Assembly (NCBI GenBank): GCA_003344405.1
Contig: NOWV01000146.1
Span: forward strand, 1 to 64,000
Reading direction: 5' to 3'
Origin: Trichoplax sp. H2
Lineage: Eukaryota
Length of the DNA: 64,000 bases
Below, piece by piece: positions 1 through 12,368 of the stretch (the stretch's first letter is position 1; each line of letters starts with the position of its first letter). Both the position numbers and the translations under genes were made by a program. The notes under the pieces are model-generated. The model was given only the letters and a program-made list of their open reading frames with translations. It was not told where the DNA came from and made no database searches.

Positions 1-3000
1 CCTGACTGCAAGTGCAGAAACTGTCAATGCACATCAGACTGCAAATCATCCTGTGCAAAGACCTGCGACTGTTCTGGTTAGTTGAAACAAGTTCAATGAA
101 TACTCTACAGTCTACAGTCTACAGTAAACTGTATTGCAGATCTCAGTTGACTGCGTTATTTTCAATGTTTATGTTTAGCTGGCAATTGCAAATGCTGTTG
201 TCATTGCGACTGTAGTAACTGTCAATGTACATCGTGCAGCAAATCAACCAGTGGAAAAACTTGCGACTGTTCAGGTCAGTTAATAAAAGCATATAACGTA
301 AACACCATTTCTTAAACTATATCAGTTAAATAAATGTAATCACATAGTAATAATATCGTCGCTTCCCTATCTCGGTAATAGCGTATTACAGTAATCGAAT
401 TGTTTCTGGTATTTTAATATTTAGACGATAATTGCACATGCTGTTCTCAATGCAACTGCACGAGCTGTAAATGCACATCATGTACTAAGTCGTCGAATGA
501 AAACACTTGCGACTGTTCAGGTAAGTTAAAACAAATTAAATAAATACCATTTCTTATAGATAGGACTTACAATAATAATAATTAATTATAATCGAACCAA
601 TATAATCAGACATTACTCATTTCCTCACTTCCCTCCCTACCTTTTAGTAGTATTACATACTGTACGTACATATGCTATTTATATAGTGTATTGATTTATT
701 TGTTTGTGACTTTTACATTTAGCTTGCGATTGCAAAAACTGCTCTGATTGCAACTGTACTAGCTGTAAATGCACATCATGCAGCAAATCGTCGAGTGGAA
801 ACACTTGCGACTGCTCAGGTCAGTTAATAAAGAGTCAAATAAATAATATGCGCTACCTTAAGAGATATAATTTATATATTTATTATATTGAGAATATATC
901 ACAAGATATTACTCGTATTATTACTTTCCTATGCTTGTAGTAGCGTGTTAATTTTATCGTTTCTGGCCATTACATTTAGCTTGCAATTGCAAGAGCTGCT
1001 CGGATTGCAACTGTACTAGCTGTAAATGCACATCATGCAGCAAATCGTCCAGTGGAAATACTTGCGACTGCTCAGGTCAGTTAATAAAAGAGTCAAATAA
1101 ATAATATGCGCTACCTTAAAGAGATGTAATTTATTTATTATATCCAAAATATATCACAAGATATTACTTGTATTGTCACTTTCCTATGCTTGTAGTATCG
1201 TGTTAATTTTATCGTTTCTGGCCTTTACATTTAGCTTGCAATTGCAAATGCTGCTCTGATTGTAACTGTACTAGCTGTAAATGCACATCATGCAGCAAAT
1301 CGTCCAGTGGGAACACTTGCGACTGTTCAGGTCAGTTAATAAAGAGTCAAATAAATAATATGCCCAACTTTAAAGGGATGTAATTTATTTATTATATCGA
1401 AAATACATCACAAGATATCACTCGTATTGTCACTTTCCTATCCCTATAGTAGCGTATTAATTTTATCGTTTCTGGCTTTGCATTTAGCTGGCAATTGCAA
1501 ATGTTGCTCTGATTGTAAATGCACTAGCTGTAAATGCACATCATGCAGCAAATCGTCCAGTGGAAACACTTGCGACTGTTCAGGTCAGTTAATAAGAATT
1601 AAATAAATAATTTGCCCAATTTTAAGGATATAATTTATTCATTATATCTAAAATATATCACAAGACTTTACTCGTATCGTCACATTCCTATCCCTGTGGT
1701 AGCGTATTAATTTTATCGTTTCTGGCTTTCACATTTAGCTTGCAATTGCAAATGTTGCTCTGATTGTAACTGCACTAGCTGTAAATGCACATCATGCAGC
1801 AAATCGTCGAGTACAAACGCTTGCGACTGCTCAGGTCAGTTAATAAAGAGTCAAATAAATAATATGCCCAATTTTAAAGAGATATAATTTATTTATTATA
1901 TCTAAAATATATCACAAGACATTACTCGTATAGTCACATTCCTATCTCTGTGGTAGCATATTAATTTTATCGTTTCTGACTTTTACATTTAGCTTGCAAT
2001 TGCAAATGTTGCTCTGATTGTAACTGCACTAGCTGTAAATGCACATCATGCAGCAAATCGTTGAGTACAAACACTTGCGACTGTTTAGGTCAGTTAATAA
2101 AGAGTCAAATAAAATAATATGCCCTACATTAAAAAGATGTTATTTATTATATCTAAAATATATCACCGGATATAACTCGTATCGTCGCATTCCTACCTAG
2201 TTAGTAGCATATTAATTTTATCGTTTCTGACTTTTACATTTAGCTTGCGATTGCAAATGTTGCTCTGATTGTAACTGTACTAGCTGTAAATGCACATCAT
2301 GCAGCAAATCGTCGAATGGAAACACTTGCGACTGTTCAGGTCAGTTAACTTCAATAAAGAATCAAATAAATAATAAATATTATGCACTACCTTAAAGAGA
2401 TGTAATTTATTTATTATATCTATAATGTATCACAAGACATTACTCGTATCGTCGCATTCCTACCAAGTTAGTAGCGTATTAATTTTATCGTTTCTGGCCT
2501 TTACATTTAGCTGGCAATTGCAAATGCTGCTATTATTGCAACTGTACTAGCTGTAAATGCACATCATGCAGCAAATCGTCCAGTGAAAAAACTTGCGACT
2601 GTACAGGTCAGTTAATAAAGAATCAAATAAATAATAAATATTATGCACTACCTTAAAGAGATATAATTTATTTATTATATCTATAATATATCACAAGATA
2701 TTACTCAAATCATCACATTCCTATCCCTGTAGTAGCGTATTAATTTTATTGTTTCTGGCTTTTATACTTAGCTTGCAATTGCAAGAGCTGTTCTGATTGT
2801 AACTGTACGAGCTGTAAATGCACATCATGCAGTAAATCGTCAAGTGGAAACACTTGCGACTGTTCAGGTCAGTTAATAAAAATTCAAATAAATAATATAC
2901 ACTACCTTAAAGAGATACACGTATTATTTATTTACTGTATCTAAAATACGTCACCAGATATTACTCGTATCGTCACTTTCCTATCCTCTGGTAACGTATT

Positions 3001-6000
3001 AATTCTATCGTTTCTGGCTTTTACATTTAGCTTGCAATTGCAAATGCTGTTCTGATTGTAACTGTACTAGCTGTAAATGCACATCATGTAGCAAATCGTC
3101 GGATGGAAACACTTGCGACTGTTCAGGTCAGTTATTAAAGAATCAAATAAATATATGTACTACCTTAAAAAGATGTAATTTATTTATTATATCTATAATA
3201 TATCACCGGATATTACTCATATCATCGCATTCCTACCTAGTTAGTAGCGTGTTAATTTTATCTTTTCTGGCTTTTACATTTAGCTGGCAATTGCAAATGC
3301 TGTTCTAATTGTAACTGTACGAGCTGTAAATGCACATCGTGCAGAAAATCGTCGAGTGGAAAAACTTGCGACTGTTCAGGTCAGTTAATAAAGAGTCAAA
3401 TAAATAATAAATAATATGCACTACCTTAAAGAAATATAATTTATTTATAATATATCACAAGATATTACTCAAATCATCACTTTCCTATCCCTGTAGTAGC
3501 GTATTAATTTTATCGTTTCTGGCTTTTACATTTAGCTTGCAATTGCAAATGCTGTTCTGATTGTAACTGTACTAGCTGTAAATGCACATCTTGCAGCAAA
3601 TCGTCCAGTGGAAAAACTTGCGACTGTTCAGGTCAGTTAATAAAGAATCTAGTAAATATATATATTACCTTAAAAAGATGTAATTTATTTATTATATCTA
3701 TAATATATCACCGGATATTACTCGTTTCGTCGCATTCCTACCTAGTTAGTAGCGTATTAATTTTATCGTTTCTGGCTTTTGCATTTAGTTGGCAATTGCA
3801 AATGCTGTTCTGATTGCAACTGTACTAGTTGTAAATGCATATCATGCAGCAAATCGTCCAGTGGAAGCACTTGCGACTGTTCGGGTCAGTTAATAAAGAA
3901 TTAAATAAATATATGTACTACCATAAAAAGATGTAATTTATTTACTATATCTAAAATATATCACAAGACATTACTCGTATCGTCGTATTCCTACCTAGTT
4001 AGTAGCGTATTAATTTTATCGTTTCTGGCTGTTACATTTAGCTTGCAATTGCAAATGCTGCTCTGATTGTAACTGTACTAGCTGTAAATGCACATCATGC
4101 AGCAAATCGTCGAGTACAAACACTTGCGACTGTTCAGGTCAGTTAATAAAGAGTCAAATAAATAATATGCCCAATTTTAAGGAGACATAATTTATTTATT
4201 ATATCTAAAATATATCACAAGACATTACTCGTATCGTCGCATTGCTATCCCTGTAGCAGCGTATTAATTTTATCGTTTTTGGCCTTTACATTTAGCTTGC
4301 AATTGCAAAAGCTGTTCTGATTGTAACTGTATGAGCTGTAAATGCACATCATGCAGCAAATCGTCGAGTGGAAAAACTTGCGACTGTTCAGGTCAGTTAA
4401 TAAAGAGTCGAATAAATAATAAATAATATACACTACCTTAAAGAGATGTAATTTATTTATTATATCTATAATATATCACAAGATATTACTCGTATCGTCG
4501 CATTCCTACCTGGTTAGTAGCATGTTAATTTTATCGTTTCTGACTTTTACATTTAGCTGGCAATTGCAAATGCTGTTATTATTGCAACTGTACTAGCTGT
4601 AAATGCACATCATGCAGCAAATCGTCCAGTGGAAACACTTGCGACTGTTCAGGTCAGTTAACTTTAATAAAGAATCAAATAAATAATAAATATTATGCAC
4701 TACCTTAAAGAGATGTAATTTATTTATTATATCTATAATATATCACAAGACATTATTCGTATCGTCGCATTCCTACCAAGTTAGTAGCGTATTAATTTTA
4801 TCGTTTCTGGCTTTTACATTTAGCTGGCAATTGCAAATGCTGCTATTATTGCAACTGTACTAGCTGTAAATGCACATCATGCAGCAAATCGTCGAGTGGA
4901 AAAACTTGCGACTGTTCAGGTCAGTTAATATTAAAGAGTCAAATAAATAATAAATAATAAGCACTACCTTAAAGAAATGTAATTTATTTATTATATCTAT
5001 AACATATCACAAGACATTACTCAAATCATTACATTCCTATCCCTGTAGTAGCGTATTAATTTTATCGTTTCTGGCTTTTACATTTAGCTTGCAATTGCAA
5101 AAGCTGTACGAGCTGTAAATGCACATCATGCAGCAAATCGTCGAGTGGAAAAACTTGCGACTGTTCAGGTCAGTTAATAAAGAGTCAAATAAATAATAAA
5201 TAATATACACTACCTTAAAGAGATGTAATTTATTTATTATATCTAAAATATATCACCGGATATTACACGTATCGTCACATTCCTACCTAGTTAGTAGCGT
5301 ATTAATTTTATCGTTTTTGGCTTTTACATTTAGCTGGCAATTGCAAATGCTGTTATTATTGCAACTGTACTAGCTGTAAATGCACATCATGCAGCAAATC
5401 GTCGAGTGGAAACACTTGCGACTGTTCAGGTCAGTTAATAAAGAGTCGAATAAATAATAAATAATATGCACTACCTTAGAAAGATGTAATTTATTTATTA
5501 TATCTAAAATATTTCACCGGATATAACTCGTATCGTCGCATTCCTACCTAGTTAGTAGCGTATTAATTTTATCGTTTCTGGCTTTTACATTTAGCTTGCA
5601 ATTACAAATGCTGTTCTGATTGTAACTGTACTAGCTGTAAATGCACATCATGCAGCAAATCGTCCAGTGGAAAAACTTGCGACTGTTCAGGTCAGTTAAT
5701 AAAGAATCAAATAAATAATAAATAATATGCACCACCTTAAAGAGATGTAATTTATTTACTATATCTATAATATATCACCAGATATTACTCGTATCGTCAC
5801 TTTCCTAACCCTGTAGTAGCGTGTTAATTTTATCGTTTCTGACTTTTACATTTAGCTGGCAATTGCAAATGCTGTTACTATTGCAACTGTACTAGCTGTA
5901 AATGCACATCATGCAGCAAATCGTCGAGTGGAAACACTTGCAACTGTTCAGGTCAGTTAATAAAGAGGGCAGTTAATAAAGAGTCAAATAAATAATAAAT

Positions 6001-7369
6001 ATTATGCACTACCTTAAAGAGATATAATTTATTATATCTATAATATATCACCGGATATTACTCGTATCGTCGCATTCTTACCTAGTTAGTAGCGTATTAA
6101 TTTTATCGTTTCTGGCTTTTACATTTAGCTTGCAATTGCAAGAGCTGTTCTGATTGTAACTGTACTAGCTGTAAATGCACATCATGCAGCAAATCGTCCA
6201 GTGGAAACACTTGCGACTGTTCAGGTCAGCTAATAAAGATTCAAATAAATAATATGTAATACCTTAAAGAAATATAATTTATTTATCATATCTATAATAT
6301 ATCACCAGATATTACTCGTATCGCCACTTTCCTAACCCTGTAGTAGCGTGCTAATTTTATCATTTCTGGCTTTTTATATTTAGCTTGCAATTGCAAAAGC
6401 TGTTCTGATTGTAACTGTACGAGCTGTAAATGCACATCATGCAACAAATCTGCAAGTGGAAAAACTTACGACTTTTCAGGTCAGTTAAAACAAGTTAAAA
6501 TAACACTATTCCTTAAAGATATAATTTATACTCGAATAAACGTAATCAGACACTACTAGTATCGTTAATCTGCAATTCCTGTCGCAGTGTATTAATGTAA
6601 TTGTTTCTGGCTTTTACAATAGCTTGCAATTGCAAATGCTGTTCCGACCGCAATTGTACTAGCTGTAAATGTAAATGTACATCATGCAGCAAATCACCAA
6701 GTAAAAAAACTTGCGACTGTTCAGGTCAGTTAAAAACGAGTTAAATGAATATATATGTCTTAAAGATATTTATTTATCTTCATTTTATTATCATTGAATA
6801 AAATGGGATCAGACATTATTCGGACCTTCGCTTTCCTAATTCTGTATTAGCATATTGATATCTCTGTTTCTGTCTTTACATTTAGCAGCCAATTGCAAAT
6901 GCTGTTCTGATTGCGACTGCACTAGCTGCAAATGTGCATTATGCTGTAAAGCACTGAGTGGAAAGACTTACAGCTATTCAGGTCAGTTAGAGATACATTT
7001 TATAATAGCCGGATAAATATAATTGGACATTGCTTGTATTGTCGTTTTTCTTATACTTGTAGTAATATATCAAAGTTCATTGTTTCTGATTTTTACTTTT
7101 AGCTGGCAACTCTAAGTGCTGTTGTGAATGTGGCTGTACTAGCTGCGAATGCACGTCATGCAGTAAATCTGCTAGTGGAAATACTTGCGACTGTTCAGGT
7201 TAGTAAAGTGAATACAATATCTTAAAGTAATCAGATATTAATCGGTTATTACGTTTCTATTCATGTAGTAGTGTATTAATTTCACTGTATCTGCCTAATA
7301 TATTTAGCTACGAATTGCAAATGCTTTCCTGATTGCGATTGCAATATCTGCAAATGTACTATTATGTAA
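1..7369 (+). CDS. Giant multi-domain metallothionein-like Cys-rich protein, 5'-partial, 30 repeat exons visible (~940 aa in window)
   Basis: Phase-1/phase-1 exons, mostly 96 bp, bounded by ..TAG / GT(C/T/A)AG: <1-76, 179-274, 425-520, 723-818, 980-1075, 1235-1330, 1488-1583, 1739-1834, 1993-2088, 2244-2339, 2511-2606, 2772-2867, 3031-3126, 3284-3379, 3536-3631, 3789-3884, 4042-4137, 4296-4391, 4557-4652, 4824-4919, 5088-5168, 5334-5429, 5595-5690, 5856-5951, 6129-6224, 6384-6479, 6623-6724, 6886-6981, 7103-7198, 7308-7369 (TAA). Consensus unit ACNCKCCSDCNCTSCKCTSCSKSSSGNTCDCS (10-11 Cys per 32 aa, Ser/Thr/Lys-rich). No stops seen in exons 1-29. Confidence 0.85.
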
Positions 7370-7410
7370 CAAATCATCTAATGAATAGAGTCGCGGTTGT
7401 CCAGGTTAGT
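1..7410. repeat. Tandem array of ~250-270 bp exon+intron units (about 30 copies)
   Basis: Both the exon and the intron (gtcagttaataaagagtcaaataaat...ttttatcgtttctggcttttacatttag) recur. Central copies are near-identical; edge copies are diverged. Confidence 0.97.
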
Positions 7411-7522
7411 TAAAACAAATTTAAATTAATTCTGTATTATAATAAAACAAATGTGCTTAGCATTATCTAATCACAACTTGTGGAATTCACGCTTTAACTC
7501 TATTCTCTATCAATCATCACAG

Positions 7523-7554
7523 GAAATGCAGCCAGCTATAATTATAAGAAATAG
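7523..7554 (+). other. Candidate (decayed) terminal exon of the MT-like gene
   Basis: CACAG acceptor; the phase-1 reading gives GNAASYNYKK-stop followed by ECVNHSRSKGCRK. AATAAA at 7792. Confidence 0.45.
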
Positions 7555-9161
7555 GAGTGTGTCAACCACAGTCGTTCAAAAGGATGCAGGAAGTTAATTT
7601 GCCATAGCTTTTACAATGAAACCTTCATCTTTTACATGGGTACCTACTATCAATTGTTTACCGCTTATCGATAATAATTACATTCTAAAATATCTTGTTT
7701 AAGCGTTATAACCATAACAATAGACAGTTCGACTATTCGGACACATACTCAAATTATAATTACTGCACCAATGCGCTATGCTAAGAAAATCAATAAAACT
7801 ATTATTTTGAATCTATCTTGTGGAAGTCTTACTAAAAAAGTACAATACTAATTTTATCTATCACTACTAGCGATAACTAAAATTTCTATCGCATTTTAAT
7901 CATAACTACGCGGATGAATAATGTTTGCACCTTGATGAGCTACTAAGAAGTTGGTGCATGTATCTGCTGAGTAATTTAATAAATAAATCATATTTGACTT
8001 AATTACCAACCGAGATTTAATATTGGTGTACGAGGATATTTCACTTAAAGTAAAAGGAGCATAGAGCTGTTCGTATGATCTAAAATACATATAGTTAATT
8101 AATTATATCAAAGACGTTTAAGAGTAAAAGTGCAAGGCAACGATTAACATCCAAAAAGGGTACAGTAATTAGCAGCTACAGTACATTAAACAGTACCGTG
8201 CAGTTTAAATTGAGCCTGTTAGGTGTCTAAAGTAAAAATAATGCTGTAGTTTCTAAATCTTCACAGTTCCAATAATTAGCAATTTGAAACACATTCTATC
8301 TAGGTAGTGCCGTATAAGACTCATTAAACTAAAAGAATTTGATAGTGATTTCGTACATCTACGAAAACATCAGCAAAGCTAGAATCGACACTAATACTTA
8401 TAGGAGAAAATTATAATTAGGTACCGGGTCAAAAGGAATAATCATCGCAGCTAAATTATACACATAAACATGGTACAGTGCAAAATAGATTTGCAATAGA
8501 AGTGGCCTTTTCGAAATGTTTATTCATTAAGTTGCCATTGTAATTTAATGCAATAATGCGGTATTTTGCACGTACAGAATAAATGTATCACTGTTTCACG
8601 TTATAGCTTACTAATTTGCATATCTTTCTACTAATTGTATTTGTCGTAATTAAGATTGCTACACTTACAATTGATCTTCTAAAATTAAATTTCATACCTC
8701 AGCCTCCTTGATTACTCTAGATTAAAATAAGGCTATACAAACACTGTGAAAGTATCTTTTGACTATAGTCATTTTTTACATCGCTTATCGGGATTGCAAT
8801 ATGCTGTAGTACGATACTCGTTGAAATCCGTACTTTATGGTATAGCCTAGATGAATCAGAAAAATTAATCGAAACTTCTTACCAGAAGCCAAAATTAAAT
8901 ATGTGAAACTAACTAGAGATAAAATAATAGACGATAACTTTCTTACTAAATGTATGAGCGATGACATCATTAAAAAGTAATGCGTGAAAAGTTAAAACAT
9001 CTATAGCTTATGACTACTAGAAATTTATGGACCAATTACTGAACTTCTATCCATTTAAATCATAGTAAACCTGAATAAGTCTAATATTTCAATCTAGTAT
9101 AAATACCGATTTTATGCCCTTAATTAAAATAGTATGGCAATTTATCCTGTTTGCCAACAAC

Positions 9162-9991
9162 TTATCCAATTACAGTTCCGCCGAACCACCAATTTGTAGT
9201 AGCTGTTGAGCTATTAGTACACCTAAATCTAGGATTTTCAGTTTGATATCGACCGAATGCCTCCTCATTAGCTATAGTGTCAGGAATTCTCAACCGTGAG
9301 CAAGCCTGTGTTACTCGTGAAACATCAATAAATGTATGAAACTTATTGTTACCATAATAAATAGGAATACTACATTGCCGACATGAAAAACCTTGAATAT
9401 TAAAGAAATCGACGGTAGCACAAGTGTAGCCAGAAGATGTGCCAAACATATTGTATCGGCAAAGTGCAACCCTCAGATAGTCACGATGATCCGTTAAACC
9501 TTTATCTACTTCGGCATTAAAATTACACGTAGCACGTAGATAATTGGTGCCAGGATTATTCTTGATGGATAGCATTCTGGATTTGGAAAGTCGGAAATCA
9601 GACCAGTTAACTCCACAATCTTCAGATTCTGCATCGTATGCAAAGTTTTTTCGATAATTGGACGTTTTTGCTTTAGCTAAGGAAAGAGACTCAATTAGCG
9701 TCCAAGCAAAACCTGAATCTGATTCAAAATCACAGTATGTTGCAAAAGGTTTATTTGTGCTATCAAATAGGACATAGTATCCATTTCGTTGAGCTGCTAA
9801 TTCCCTTGCATGTAGACATGATTTAGGTTTGATCGGCTGATAGAATTGAAAATTGATAAAATGTTAATTTATAAAATTTGTAACAAATGTCATATTTGAC
9901 AAAAGAAAAAATGAATTTTTAAACTTACTGTCAGTATTACTGACTGTACCAGACCGAATAAAATGAAAACCGGTAGCTGAATCGATTTCAT
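9162..9991 (-). CDS. Secreted Cys-containing protein with fibrinogen/intelectin-like N-terminal subdomain (245 aa), paralogue 1
   Basis: Exon 1 9991-9929 (MKSIQLPVFILFGLVQSVILT, signal-peptide-like); 92-bp GT-AG intron; exon 2 9836-9162 with SC..NGYY..TYCDF..GFAWTL motif and C-terminal NPRFRC..TTNWWFGG. Confidence 0.85.
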
Positions 9992-12368
9992 CGTAAAGAC
10001 TATTGTAAATCAGTTCGTGATCAATTTCAATTTGGTAATTTAGTCTATTATAATCTCGGTCCAAATTTAAAGACAATATTAAGCAATTATTTGTAGTTGC
10101 TAGAACTATTTCATCGAGGCTATTTAGAATTCTTTATTTAATTACTACCTATCAAATATCATAGCGGGTATCAAATTGGCTCCTCCCTTACCACATTTTG
10201 TTGCTTGGGTAAAATCTTATACTGTGCTAGTAGTACATTGTTCGTTTAAACTACTCAAATGAGATCAATAGCTATTAAATTATTTATTCACCAGCATGAT
10301 CGAGATAGATAGATAGATGCTGAATGATGTTTTGGCCGCTACTTACGTCTTGTAATAAAATAAAAGATTCATTAGCTCTTAATTGAAATGTTTCAATTTA
10401 TTGAAGCTATACACAGCATGTACAGCAGATAAGCGTTACTTTTAAGATCTGAATTCAGTATGATTTCTTAGCTTGTACTACTTGCAATTCAGTAATGATG
10501 AGGTTTAATCTCGATGAATACGGAAGTTTAGCCCGGTTTGCAGTAGACAAAGTGGTTAAAGTATCTGTTAATTATCAGTTGTTATTGGATTAAATAATAA
10601 AATAGTTACTGGATACGATATCAGCAGGGGATAGTATGACTAGTCTCCTAATAATTTCACATGGCTACATTTAAAAACAGTGAGTATTGCGCTAGTATAC
10701 ATCCTTACTTAGTACCTGGCATAGCTTTCTATTTATAGAATAGATAAATACCGTATATTCCAGAATATTGAACTCAGTCGTGTTGTTAAATGCCAAAATT
10801 TGTATTTAATTATTCATTAAACTATCACAATTTTAAAAGTTATGATGTAATGCTTATTATACTCGTATTATTGCAAATTATGAATCAACAATATATCCGA
10901 GTGCCTGTACCATATTTACTAGACTGAATATGGTACGAAGTGTGATAATATTGCTAATGGCAAGTTATGTCTTTGATACGTAATAAATTTCTCTTGAAAA
11001 AATAAACTTTATGTAAGCATACGTGATTAATAAACCACCACTGGCATGCAATGGATCTATGACCGATGAATAAATAGATAAATGCTTTGATGACTAATTC
11101 GGTGGAGAATTAAAGTATAGATCAATCCTTAACGAAATAATTATGAAAATTTTATAAAAATATTCTCTTTAACTATATCAATACGCTTAGGAAATCAAGG
11201 TCTTAAGAGAATTCTTGATAACTAATAAACGAACTCACCAGAAACGTTCTTAGTCAGGAAAAAATATAAGGTATTGAGACAGTCTGGGTGCTTTAGCATT
11301 TGTATACTAAGAATTCATTATGGCTTGTAACTTTACTGCAATAAAGCTTTGTTAACGTCCAAGCTAATATATATATAATGCACAGTGACTAAATTGATTT
11401 CTGACCCACGCAGTGCAAACTCTTTTTCTAAATATTCTTTGTTTGGATCTCATTTATTTATCTTGTGAGTATAGAGGTATTTTTCTTAAAATAGCCTTTG
11501 ATATAAGAGGTAATCACTGTGGAAATACGAGATGGATACAAAACTACACAAGATTTCGCTTAATATCCAGCGTATTTTATAACGAAAATCAATATACGAC
11601 TAGGTATGACTATTTTAATACCGAAAAATTTCAATCGATAAAATAAATTACTACCATATCCAAACTTGTCCCTCACTTTACTAAAGAGAATTTTATGATA
11701 CTTTCACACGCTTGAACAGTAAAATCTGGAAAAGTATCACATGCGGTTATAATTAATCTAGCGCAGCTATAGTTTTATTTTTTGCCATAGATCGCTAAAT
11801 AATGATTTAAAAGATTTTCGCGATAAAATTTAAGCATTAATTCAAGACCGACTTATGTCCTACAATACCGGTAGTATTAGTAATTTTTCATTATAAAGCT
11901 AATCTGACTCTTAATATCACCTATGAGTATGCAGCTATTTCCATGATATAGAATGCAAAGAATCTTTCAAATATCAGGTATGCTTGGAAAATATGATGAT
12001 TAAATATCAACGCAAGAAACAATCCTCTGTCATGCTGATAAAGAAAACAACTTATAGACAATGATGCCATCGACAAATGTTATTGTCTGAAACATTACAG
12101 GATAATGAAGAATATTATATGATCTATTTAGCTTAGCAAGGGTAGTTACCATACTTCTCAGCATGGCTTTCCACCTCCAGTGGTTACTTATTGCCAATTC
12201 AATATTATATAAAGGCTTCTAAGTGATACACGAATTAAAATAGTTCCTAGCTATTTGTAACTAATAGTTAAAATATTGCCTAAACTTTGAGCGCAAGATC
12301 ATAACTATTAAGTACTGTATTTGGTATCTATTAAAGCCATTAAAAAGTTTAAATAAAGAGCTGAAAAT

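Noticed and set aside
1-7410. CRISPR array or non-coding satellite; ORF-track ORFs 12-215 and 4245-4433
   Set aside because: The units are ~260 bp with no unique spacers, and they have splice sites and frame-preserving exons. The listed ORFs are off-frame or antisense reads through introns.
9864-10076. 70-aa minus-strand ORF
   Set aside because: It overlaps exon 1 and the intron of the fibrinogen-like gene in another frame.
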